Source of the DNA: Lama glama
Lineage: Eukaryota
Reading direction: 5' to 3'
Length of the DNA: 64,000 nucleotides
NCBI GenBank assembly: GCA_028534125.1
Contig: CM052817.1
Coordinates: forward strand, 18,912,001-18,976,000
Position numbers and translations under genes: made by a program. The notes beneath the pieces are model-generated. The model saw only the letters and a list, made by a program, of their open reading frames with translations, was not told where the DNA came from and did no database searches. Of this stretch, positions 51,741 to 64,000 are shown one piece after another (the stretch's first letter is position 1; every line of letters begins with the position of its first letter).

Positions 51741-52441
51741 GTGACATAAAATCTCTCAACTCACCTTATTTTTGATTGTGTGTGCAATATTGAGGATGCA
51801 GTTTCTATAATCTAACTTTTGGGATTCATAACCTCATACTGAGTTCAGCCAAAAATGTCTCCCAAAATACTTTGGATTCTTAAAAGTCTGCACTTTTCAT
51901 TTACCTTCTTACCCTTTTCTGTTTAAAAAGACAATACTTAGTTAAATGAAGGTGGACTTTGGTGACCCTAAAGTGGTCACCAAGTTTACTGCTTTTACCT
52001 TCCTGACCATTTTTTCTACCCTCTAAAGAGTGCTTAGAGCCTGATTTTGCAACTCTGCAATTTTTGCCTCTTAATCTCCTTCTATTACTGAGCTGTTGTT
52101 AGATAACTAGAAATGGAATTATTTTGATAGACTTTTTTCTATTAATGCTAATTTTATTTATAATTCAAAATTTTAAAGAGAATTCAGCAAATTTGGGGCA
52201 CTTGTTCAAGATGGACATTTTGAAAAGTGTTATTTTGTTACTCTGTATCAGGGGCCCATAAAATTCTCAGATGCAATTCTTGGAAATAAATTGTTCCTGG
52301 AATTTAGACATGAAATGAAGTCAAGAGGAGGTGGAGACAAGGTTACACTTCCTCATCCTTATAATCCAGAGAGTTTTGGTCATTATGTAGATAGAAGAGA
52401 CTAAATCCAATATTTTAATGTTGAGAAAAAGTAATCTGTAT

Positions 52442-52962
52442 CAGCTGACCTTAAACTGAGGTCTGGAGAGTCCTGGAGGTTTCTGAGATACTTTGAAGCA
52501 ATCGGCAAGGTCAAAACCATTTTCATAATAATATTATGATAGTATTTGCATTTTTTATTCCCATTCTGTCATGAGCGTACAGTAGAATTTTTCAAAGGTT
52601 AATGGCATGTAATAGCAGAACAGATTGAATGCAGAAGCAGATATGAAAATCAGCTTTCTCCTATTAAGTCAGACATCAAAGAAATTTATAGAAGGAGAAA
52701 ACAGTGCTATTTTCTATTATTTTTGTTTTGGAAAATACACTTATTTTCATAAAAAACAAACCAGTATGTTAAGTAGTAGGGATTTTATTTGCTCATTTTA
52801 AATGAATTAATAATTAGATATATTAACTCATTTCTCATTTTTAGTTAAACATAGAGTAAACAATAACATATAACTCACTTAAACTGAAACTCTTTGGAGT
52901 CCTTAGGAAGTTTTTAGAGGGCAAACTTCTTGGTGCTGAAACCAAAAAGTTTGAGACTTAAT
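52442..52962 (+). mobile_element. Charlie1-family hAT internal-deletion derivative
   Basis: aggtcaaaaccattttcataataat, transposase C-terminal remnant NRLNAEADM, and terminal aaccaaaaagtttgaga. Confidence 0.8.
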
Positions 52963-53439
52963 AATCTTAAATTTCTTTGACATTTCATTTCTTGAGATTA
53001 TATTGTTATACGATTATCTAGTTATAATGCAACTTGTAGTTTTTATAAGATTATGTGAACCCTCTTATTTCCTAGTTTCTGTGAGAACACAAAGAATTAC
53101 GACTAATGGCAATAGATTTTTTTTTTAATTGAACACAATGGAATGGTTACTTTTTTCCATAGTATACTCTTACTGATTCGTGGCATTTGGTTAAATTTGA
53201 TTTTTGGTTCTAGGAAGAACTTGAATGAGGAAACTAATTTTTGGTATTTTCAATTCTTTGCAGTATTCTTTTTAATGTTCTTTAAAGAGGAAATTGATAT
53301 TTAACGTAATACCCAAATTTATATTTTATAATTGGAAGCAGAATTTATATCCACAAGAATACATTCAAACTTGATAAGATCAGCAACAGTGTTTGGTTTT
53401 TTTTTTAATTTAAAGTATACAGGAGTTTTCTCTATCAAA

Positions 53440-55090
53440 ATATTTATATTTATGCTAAAGGGAAAAAATGTCCACCCAAATATATAGTTTTAAATCTCAA
53501 TAAATATTTTACATATGTGTATAGCAACATAACCAGCATTAAGATCAAGTTATTGAGTATTTCCAAGAGTACGCTATTTGAGCATTCTTAGGCAATACAT
53601 TGTCCCAGAGATAACTTTTACTTTAAAATTACAGATACATTTTGCCTATTCCTAAATTTCACAGAATTGGAACCCAGCATCGTATGCTCTTGTGTATGGG
53701 ACTTCTTCTGCTCAATATTATGTCAGTGATACTCGTCCCTGTTGTTGAGAGCAGCAGGGGTTCTCTTGGTGGTGTGATGTGTTTTTATACTGTATGAGGG
53801 TAGTACTGTGTACTTACTCTGTCTTGGGCTTTGGGTCATCTCAAATGTTAAGCTATTCTGAATTAAGCTGCTATGAACTCCTGTATCATTTGGAGGAAAA
53901 AATGATCTTTTTTCTTGGAATAAAATTTGGGAGTGGGATTCCTTGGTCAGGTGGTCATTTTAGTAGATGCTGGCAAACTCTTTTCCAAAGTGATTTAACT
54001 CATTTGTGTTTCCATCATCAATCCAGTTGTTCTGCATCTTTGACCACCCTTCACATTGTCTAGCTTTTAAATTTTAGTCATTTTGTTGTACGTGGTGCCA
54101 TGGTATCTTGTGGTCATTTTAATTTGCATTTTTATAATGACAAATGCTCTTTAGCACCTTTTCATATAATTACTGACCATTTGAATATTTTGTGAAATGT
54201 TTCCTCTTCAAGTATTTTATGCATTTATACTCTGAATATTGTAAAGTGTAGAAGTTATTTGTAGTCTCTCTATATCACAAACATCCTTTCCAGGTCTCTG
54301 GCTTCACTTTTCACTCTCTTAATATTGCCTTCCTTAAACAGAATTTTTAGTTTCATTAACTCCAAATTACTAGTATTTACTGTAATGATTAGTGAGTTTT
54401 TGTTTCCTTTAGGAAATCTTCACTCTCTCAAGTACAGTAAATGCATTTTACTAAGTTTTCTTATAGAAGCACTGATGCTTTATGTTTTACATTAGTTCTG
54501 TAAACAATTTCAAATAAATTGTATTTTGTGAGTGAGAAAATGAGACTCATTTGTGTTTTTCCATACTGGTACACAGTTGACGTGGTATTATTTATTTTAA
54601 AGACCATTCTTTCCAGAGTGGCCCCTATAGGTAAATCATGTGGCCATATTACATAGTTTTGTTTCTAGGCTCTGTTTTACTTCTTTGATACTCTTGTTTT
54701 TTAGGAATTTTTAGAAATTCTTCCTTTAAATTGCAGTTTTAAAAATTTACATTTAAATTTACATACTGATTATATCATTTGGGTTTAAGTCTACCAGTCT
54801 CTTATCTTATTTCTCTCTATTCTTTTTTCATTTTTCGTTTTCAGTGTTCTTTTGAATTATCTGAGGATTTTTCAGTATTCGATTTTATTTCCACTGTTGG
54901 CTTTTTAGACGTACTTCATTGTTTAAATTGGTTGTTCTAGGGTTTACAGTATACATATTTAATTTTTCACAATCTCTTTCAAATAATATTATACAACTGC
55001 ACATTTAATGAAAGACTCATAGTATTTTCTCTCTTCGTGCTGTTTTCATGTATTTGGGCTCTTAGTAATTATATATAAATCGCAATGTTA
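53440..55090 (-). mobile_element. L1ME/MC-type 3' UTR and ORF2 end, plus an upstream L1 piece
   Basis: ttttgcctattcctaaatttca...cttctgctcaatattatgt...aagctgctatgaac...tttaatttgcattttt...agcaccttttcata. Confidence 0.8.
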
Positions 55091-58000
55091 ATTATAATAC
55101 AGTGAACATTGGGTTGTGTCCCGTGAAGTTCTTTCTGCTTCTGGGCAGTCATGGCTGTCGGGTTCTAACCAGTTTCTTGCTGGCACTCGTTTAGAAGTAA
55201 AGCCCCTTTATGCTGGAGTTGGATATAACGCCATCATCTGGACCATCCTCCTTGTCCTCCACCTACCTGCCCTGTGTTCCCACTTATCTAACTACCTAAC
55301 ACTACTGTGTATAATGTTAGAGAAAATATATTTTTAACTTATCCTATTCGTTTAGTTCTTTAAAACACTGTATATTCTTTAATTTGACAAGGAATGATAC
55401 CAAATAGTTTATTGTATTTGTATTAGTGTCATCAGCTAACACATGCAGAAACAAAACACTGAAGCTCTGTGGAAACAAATCAATTCAATGAATAATAATA
55501 TATGCTATTATTACATATTGAAAGATAACTTATTCTTTTATTGAGTATACATTTTAATCCTTATTAATATTAACAAAACTTATATACACTAAAAGCATAT
55601 ACCCATAAGGAAAAAACATTCAAAATATAAATAAATTACCCCTTATAATTTTTTTTCTATTTAGCAAAGTATTTGGAATTATATCTCTTAAGAATAAATA
55701 CTAGCCAAATAACTTTATAATTACTATAAAAATGTGAATGATGGGGAGTAAGTAGAGCCTGTTTTTCTGGTCAACTTTAACTATTTAGGATTTCTTTTTT
55801 CAAATGTGCAATTTATTATGACTCCTTGCAAACTGATTTGCATAGCTAATTTACTATGTTATCCATGTTTCTTCTAGCTAATTGAGTTGAGTTTTAGTAT
55901 TTTATTTGCAATAAAATGTAAAGTGTTGCCATGTGAATAATAGTGGCTATGAGTAAAACTTAATAGTTACCTACTAAAAGTAAATTTAAATAATAAATTC
56001 ATATCACTCTCTGTAGCATGTCTACAAAAAGTGACTTAAAACTATTATTTACAGAGTTGAGAACAAAGTGCTCTTACTGAATCTCCTAACAGAGTATCCT
56101 TGGAGGTTGGATTTGCCCTCCAAAGTCTGTTATATTTGCCCCTAAAAAGTCTAAATTCTTTAAATATAAAATAAAAACAAAATAAACAACAATAAAACCA
56201 CCAGTCAAGGGACAAAGTTGTTGTTATACTTTAAAATGAAAATATTCTGTGTGACGTTGGACAAATCATTTAAATATGTGGGATTCAGTTTGGTCACTGA
56301 CAAATGAAAGGGTTGAATTTGGTGATCTGTAGGATCTTCCAGCTCTCACTCTCCTTGAGTTCACTTGATAAGAACAAGACTTAGGGAAAGGTTTGCCCCA
56401 CTTCCAGGGAGTAGCACTACTCTCATGGTTTCCAAGTGCTTTTACCAACATTCCAGAGCTCTTCTCATTGTAGAGAAGACTAAAGTGCCATTTCTGATTT
56501 CTGCATGGCTTCCTGAGGGGTGTAGGGTAGTCAAAGGAGGCACATATTGTACTGAGTAGAAGTACAGGTATTTTATGCAATATAATTCACTCCTCCTTCT
56601 ATTTGTTAATAGACACTCACCATATGCATGCCCATCTCATATAAACATACATGTGAAGCTCTGTAGAGTGACATTAGTAGAAATAGTCAAATTGCAGCTT
56701 AAATATGTCAATAAATGCATACGTCAAAAAAAAAAAACTAGGGAAAATCCACCTAGAAGATAAATGTGTGAGATCTTTTATGTATATTTTCCCTGAGCTG
56801 CCCTTTTGTAGTCTAACTCTCCAGTTGGGGGCCTATGTCAGAAGCACTGCTCTTTTTTTGGAAATTATAATGCAAGACCTAGGAATTCACATCTTCCTTG
56901 CTGAGATTCATTCAATTTTCTTGCTAAGCCATTGATATTGAAAAAAGCAAATAATTTCCCTCAATTTGATGAAAACAAAATGAAAACAATAACAAAAATA
57001 CCTTGTTTAGAATATCGTTCCTGCATTACAGAATATAGTTAGTATATTCAGACGATCTGTAGACTATTATGTTCAGCTCACAGTGATACAAATTCAAAAG
57101 ATGCCTTTTTAAGTTGAACTTAAGAAAAATATAATCAGAAGTTGGTGAATCAGACCATAACATTTTTCTTTGGAAAATACCAAAGAAAACTGGGCTCCTT
57201 AGCTTGGAAATACATGAGAGATGTGTTCAAGTATGTGACATTATAATTTGGAACAGAAAATGGATTTATTCTTTGCGTTTGCACAAGAAGAGTAAGAACC
57301 AGGCAAAACTTTCCTCCACATACGGGTTTTGTAGTAAAATTGAAATGGAAAATCTTTAAAAGTGTCAGTTCGCTACCACTGGGTGTTTTCATGGGGAACC
57401 TTCCTTGCAACCTATCAGGAAATGTGATTCCTAATGGCAGACTGTCATGTATTTTGTACCTGAGGTCTACAAATCTCTCTGAGACATTGGCACACTCGCA
57501 ATTTCATGCACTTATCTGTTAGGATGGACCTGGAGGTGGTCCAGTTTTGAAAATACAGAAAGTAAGATGACTTGAACTTATTTGGAAATTGTTCTCCTTT
57601 TTCAAATAAACAGTACAAAGACTCTAAATGACAGTGGTGTTCCTAAGGAACATGACTCCCCACTTTGTCTTTTATCTTTCAGAGGCAGTTCTGATGGTTA
57701 GAGATTTGGAGTAGTCTCCTGTGGAGTTAGATGCACACTAGGTTAGTGGAGACTTAAGTGCAGGTAACCTGCTTCTTATGTCACTGTTCAAGTCACTGCT
57801 AAAAACAAACCAAAGTGAACCAAACTAGATTCAGCTAACACTATCTTAAAAGTCAATCTTTATAGGGCCAATAATTATGCCATATGCCTGAATTCAGAGA
57901 TTTGAAAGTTTTGCTTTGTTGTTGGTGAGGAAATCTTCGTTACATTCCAATTCTTTGAACTTTTGCGTTTACATCCATTTAATGGCCTGCCATCAGATGT

Positions 58001-58151
58001 GTTTGTTTGAATACATGCATTTTCCTGAGGAGAGGAATGATAAAGGATCTATCATTCAAAAATTAAACCATGAGACACACAAACGCTTGAAAGAAAAACT
58101 TGGTCAGTTGAATAATAGTTAATTGATCAATTCATACTTAGTTAACGAGCA

Positions 58152-58519
58152 TGTCTTAATCAGTTCAGCCTGCTGTAACAAATTACAGTAGACTGGATGG
58201 CTTAAACTACAAATACGTATTTCTCACCATTGTGGGGGCTGGGAGATCCAAGATCAAGGTGCTGACAGATGTGGTGTCTAGCGAGAGTCCACTTCCTGGT
58301 ATGCAGATGGCTGCCTTCTCCTTGTCACCCCACACAGCAGAGAGCAGAGATAGTAAACAAGCCCTCAGGTTTCTTCTTATAATGGCACTAATCTGAACTT
58401 GAGAGCTCTACTCTCATGACTGAATAACCTCCCAAAGTCCCCAACTCCAAATACCATCTCATTAAGGATTAGGGTTTCAAAACATGAACTTTGAGGGGAC
58501 AGCTATTTGGTCTATGACA
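58152..58519 (-). mobile_element. Full-length MLT1A-like MaLR solo LTR
   Basis: tgtcttaatcagttcagcctgctgtaacaaa...tccaagatcaaggtgc...taacctcccaaag...ccaaataccatc...ttagggtttcaa...ctatgaca. Confidence 0.9.
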
Positions 58520-61500
58520 TTACTTATCTATTAAATTCTTAAAGACTGTTAAGAGCTTTCACATAAAGTATTTCAGAAAGACTCCTGGGTTTTAGTTCCC
58601 TTGTCTTTTAAATGAGATACTAATGTCAATCTAATTGGTAGTTGTGAAGACTGAATTATTTGCTGAATTCCATGAGGCCAGAAGGTAGCAAAATTATGAC
58701 TTAACTGTAGATAATCTAAATACAGATATCATAGGTGTCCCCTAATACCAAGGAGACTTCTCCTAAAATTAAGCATTCATACATGAAGTGGTATGCATGC
58801 ATAGAATATCCTAAGGCTAGGGGATACTGCAAGACTCACTAGGAACAAAGACAGGGGCCACTCAGAAACAGATCTAAAAATAGTCACTATTTTTGACAGC
58901 ATATTTTCAGAGATACATTCCATCAAGTACAATAGTTAAGTTCTGTATTGAATATGTTTAATTATAGTTAGTGAATCACCTCTTCATGATAGGTTTACTT
59001 TTAGCTATAACATAATGGAGAACAAGCAGAACTTAGCACACAATCAAACCATTGACGCAGGCCAAACAGAAAAATTAATAAGCTGGAGATAATGTCAAAG
59101 CGGCTTCAGTTTGGAGTGCTAATAAGCTCTTGAATGAATACATTCTTATGAGCAGGGAAACAGTGAACAACCGAATGTCCAAGGTTACCTGTCTGGAAAA
59201 TAGAGTAGATGGGCAGAACAAAACGTGAGAGAACCCAAGGGCACTCTTCACACTGTCTGGTGTTTGACGTCAGTAGAATCCATTGAAGGTGAAATAAAAG
59301 CCCCATCCACTCTCCACCAGCTGTCCAAGAGAGTTGATATTCAAATCAAGTCTCCACTCGTGAAGTGGGATAGAAGTTTTGTCAGGGTCATGAGCAGGAT
59401 TTTTAAACAAACTAAGAGGAAAATGGATGGGAAAGGGGTGAGATGTTTAAGTATAGCAGTATTTGCTGGGACTGTCCCAGAGGCTGTCGGCTCCCGGAGC
59501 GTACTAGCTAATTAGGAATTTCCTGTAGTGATAGAGTTTCAATGTCATGGTTCATTCTCCAGAGTAGTTTATTCAAAATCCCACTGAACAGAGATGCTAC
59601 AGTAATACCTGAATTTGTGTAAGAACTTAATTGCACTAAGACAGTTGATAAAGAGCCGGAGTGTCTAACTTGGAGGAACAGAATGTGGTATTGAATTGGC
59701 CAAAAAAAGGGCATGGAATGCAGAAGATTTAAGGTTTTTATGTAAGTCTTACATGCTATGCCTCTGTGATTTTAAATGTCCAGAAATTCTTTTGATTTTG
59801 ATATATCCTCCACATGACTTGTCTGTAAACTAAACTTCCACCCAGGATGAATATTAAAGCTTTATGCAAAAATCACTTTCAATTTTATTTTTAATCTTTC
59901 AATTAGTATTTCAAAACCTCTAATTATTTTCTTTTTTGTGCAAATGCATAGTATTTTAGGTATATTTGGGAGTAGCCTGGGAACTTAACTACCAATAATA
60001 GTGCTGTTTATCTGATAAATATTTATTCAGAATTTGAAAATGTGCCATCTAAAAATTACCTTGGTACTTCTATTTATTTTTTTTTTATTTATGTGTTCCC
60101 TGCAAGCAATATTGCCCGTTTCAGGTTTATAGTCTAAATTTTTGCCAAGATATTGCCACTAGCATTCTGTATGTGTTAGAGGATAATGGAGTGAACTTTA
60201 GAAAAAGCAAAATGGGACTGTAATGAGGTAGTGGTAGCAGGACATGTCAGCAGAGAGCAATGTAAAATGGAATGGCGTAAACCATGTTTCATGAAAGCTG
60301 GCAGTTCTGCAGAAATTATCTGTCTCCTAATTCACTGTGCTGGGCTCTTTTGCGTGTACTAAGTATGATAGCATGCTGTCCAGGCATAGTCAAGTGGCTG
60401 GACTCAAAGTAGTTTCGATTAGGCCAGGATTGTGATTTGAGAGTTAATGGTTAAATGATTTTTAAGAATGGCAGAAGAAAGTTAAGAGTTGGAGGAAAAA
60501 TAAAGGAAAATGAACTAATGCTATTTTTACATTTGTCAGTCTACTTTCTTGAATTTCCTCTTAAGGATTGCTGAATCGAGAGAATCTCAATTTTTTTTTT
60601 TGTCTGCTAAAATACAAGATGTTATAGCAGGAAGTGTTAAAACAAATTTAAATCAACAAGGTTTTAGAAATCAAATTGACTCATTTTTAAAGTGAGTTAA
60701 AATCAAAACGAGTTATCATCGGAGGGAGGCTGAATTGGGTCATGTTAACAAAATGGAATGAGCATGAACAACTTGATGAAGCTTGGCAGTTTCATCATCA
60801 CAAACATTTCCTGCTGAGATAATGAACTTGACAATAACTCTTCTTATTCTTAAGATAGGATAGCAAAAGTCACCGTACAAAATCTCAGAATGAGAACAAT
60901 TCATGCTGACTACAAAATCATTCCATAGTGACTGAAAGAGCCTGCGATTGATGCATGATTATAAAGTGAGCTCCTGCATTTTCACACAGGAAGGAAAAGA
61001 GTAAGAGTGACATTCTTCTTCTTCTAATATATGGGTGATGCAGCTAGAGATCTCAGGTAAGAGTGGATGATTTGCAGAAGTTGGTTATTTGAATTAATTT
61101 ACCCACATGTTGAAAATGTCAGTGAAAATCTCAACAGGAAAAAATTGTTTCAGAATGACTGGTTCAACAAGACCTCATCTATCCAGCTCACTCCTAAGCA
61201 GCACTCAGATTTATTCAGTATTTTTGATACATAAATTATTTTGTATTATCTCCATCACCTTCACCTCCCATCACCAGCTCAAGACCATCCAGCAGATAAA
61301 CATGTTTTATGGAATCTCCTGTGTTAGTTTATACCCTAACCCATTTTCTCCTCTTTTTTTTTCCCCCTATGGTAAAAAAAGGCCCAAGTCAATCAAAAAT
61401 ATCTATATTTTAAATACATGAAATAAATCATGATAACCTCAAAGAAATTTGTCTATAATTATCCAACCTCCTAAAATAAATATTATCATTGGTCAAATAT

Positions 61501-62699
61501 TCTGGTCATCAGAGTTCACTATCAAATATTATTAAACCCAGATACTTAGGGCTCTGTAGGGACTTGACGGGAGACCACAGGATCCCAAAGGATCCATCTA
61601 CCCGTGAAAATAGGCAGAGTTGGAGGGTCATGACTAACGATCCCAGTTATATGCATATGCTTCTCAGTATCTTGTGCAGTGACAAGAGATGGATTGAATG
61701 GAATGGAAAATCCACTTAAGACATTATTAACTGCCCTTATATATGACTGCGGTTGAGAGATAGCTACGTTATACACGCTGCTTAACTAGGATGCAGAACA
61801 AGACTAAAACTGGCAATTTTCTCCAGCTATGCCCCTTGGGAATCCTGCTTTGATAGAATGCAGCTTCCAGGCTTGAGGTACCCAGTTTGACAGACTACTG
61901 CAGTCCACCAAAGGACAAATCATAACCTCTGTGAGTTAGTATTTCTCACGTAGAGAAAGAAAGCGGGAGCTCGAAACCTCCCAATGGGTGCTGGGCCAAA
62001 TTCCAACATGGATATGGAGAAAAAGGTCTGTATTTTCTCTGATTTTTCTGTTTCTCTTTTCCCAAATTTGTACCCTCCTTCCAGCATTTCTTCTAATGTT
62101 TCAGAATGTTGGTAGCAGACTGGGCTATGGCAGAAGACGATTAATTGAGAGGGGAAGTAGGGGTACCAAATTATTCTTGCTTGCATTTCCAAACCATGCA
62201 CCTTAACACAGCATCTCCTTGGAAGAGGATACTATTTTCTGACCCCCACAAAACATGCAGTAGGTAAGGAGAGGCCCTACTAGTGGATGTAAGTTACTTA
62301 TTCTCCATGAACAGTGAGAAAAGCATCTGAGAAATGTTTCTTCAACGCACAGGGGTTAGTTAGTGGAGGATTCCGATCTGTGGTCCACATCTTCCTGAAC
62401 ACAGCGTTGGGCCTGTGATCCAGTATGACCCTGGAGTGGTGTTCTGTTCTCTCTGCCATATATATTGCTCCAGGAAAGACACAGGATCTGAGCTAGGCTG
62501 ATTCAAGTCTTCCCGGGATTTTTAAAAATTTCAATTGGTGGACATGATCCTTTTGTGAATTCAGAGTCAGTGCTAATTATCCCTGCCTAACAGTGAACCC
62601 CATCACCTCCTCAGCCCTCCATTTCAGTAAGTGAGTCCATTGCATATAGAGGGACTGGTGTATAATATTTAAAAGTATGGACGTTGGCATTTGAAAGGT

Positions 62700-62855
62700 C
62701 TACAGTTAAATACCAGTAACACGCTGGTTATGGGATTAGTCACTTTAGGCAAGTTGTATGATTTCCCGGTTGAGGGTTTGATGTGTATGAAGATAATTTC
62801 TTCATCAGAGACATGCTGAAGTTCCTGGACAACCATTAAGTGTTTGAAACATACT
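62700..62855 (+). mobile_element. Degenerate MIR
   Basis: gtcactttaggcaagtt...tgtatgaagataat...aagtgtttgaaaca. Confidence 0.45.
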
Positions 62856-64000
62856 ACCAATTTTTATTATTTATGAGTTTTATGAGGCAGTGTAAATGCA
62901 TATTCAGTTGAAGGACACAATTCCTCTTTGCCCTTGTTTCTTTGAACTCTGAATCAAGATACGCATAATTGTTAATGTCATTCTGTTGTTTTCACCTTGC
63001 TGGCACAGATACATTTTTAACACCAAAATGACTGGTCAAATGTAGGCATTTAAAAAAGAACATTAATAAATTAATTACTTACCTGCCATTCTTGAAAACT
63101 ATGTCTACCCTGTTTCCTATGCCATTTACATGCATCATACTATTGTAGGCTTACCAAAAATCTATGCCTAGTGTATTTTATCGTTCCCACAGAGATACTA
63201 AATAAATTGCCCAAGTAAACCATACTGTGCTAGACTAAGTGCTTCAACTCAAGCTTTTTAAATCCAGAAGTTGTGTCCTCTACCACCATGGTCTTTTGCT
63301 TGTTATCACCAGTGTCTATATAGTGCCTGAATTAAATGCCTCTCTTCTGCATCAACCCTATTCTCTCAAATGAATTAAGTTTCTAAGTTTTGTTTAGGCA
63401 TAGTTTAATTACGACAAGAAAACTTAAACACATTCATATCATTTCCATTTATGCTTTGCTTGACATAATTAGATCTTCCTGAAGTGTGGGTAGAATTTTC
63501 TCAAGATGGATGGAACACTTATAAAGGAACTCCCAATTTAGATTTCAGCCCAAACGCAAACACTGGTTTAAATAGACATTAAATATTAGTGTTAAACATT
63601 AGAGACACACTGAGACCAGCAATAAAATCTCATAGGAAACCTAACTGTGAGTTATAATCAGATACAAGCTCTTCAAATACATAATTAAAAGTGTGATAGA
63701 TTGTGTTCTTTTGGATTAAATAGGGTGATTGCAGACAAATACATTAGTTTAGTGTGGTCATTAAAGTGATGGCATTGATATTACATTTCCTAAATTATGT
63801 TAAGTGTTATTGCATGTGTAATTACAGATATTTAAGAGAACAACAATAAGCAAATCAGTTTGCTAAAGCCAGACAGTCTTCAAAAACATAGCTACCCAAA
63901 CCTGTTTTGCTTCTTTCTTCTCTTTCAAGAGGAGATTTTTAAACTGGTGAGAACAGACAAATGTAAGTATTAAGGAATTAACATCTATGATTCATGAGGT

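Noticed and set aside
1..64000. ORF-track entries as host genes
   Set aside because: All are 137 aa or shorter, many use non-ATG starts and are low-complexity or inside repeats. The recognisable ones are L1 ORF2 or ERV integrase/env fragments.
1..64000. Inferring a + strand host gene from antisense L1 bias
   Set aside because: Minus-strand L1 pieces are only modestly more numerous and the counts are too small to be informative.

Overview
AT-rich, CpG-depleted mammalian non-coding DNA (intergenic or deep inside a large intron). I recognise no host protein-coding gene, functional RNA gene, CRISPR array or prokaryotic system. The ORF-track entries are chance ORFs or transposon fragments. A tRNA-Ala-derived SINE at 19565-19731 resembles the camelid vic-1 family, and I saw no Alu, B1, Bov-tA/BovB, PRE-1 or SINEC elements, so the source is probably a camelid (alpaca/llama/camel). 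Much of the window is decayed transposable elements: MIR, L2, L1, HAL1, MaLR/ERVL/ERV1 LTRs and hAT MERs. Best-supported observations: (1) a class I ERV integrase-env fossil at about 4790-6710; (2) a twin-primed, 5'-inverted L1 with a perfect 15-bp target-site duplication (TSD) and no poly(A) end at 32278-33920; (3) one 14-bp target site apparently used by both an L1 and a SINE, leaving three copies at 19551-20456; (4) an unexplained ~100-bp diverged duplication with reciprocal CpG decay at 28296-28740. Repeat family names come from my recall of consensus sequences, and boundaries of old repeats are approximate. I found no convincing new biological system.
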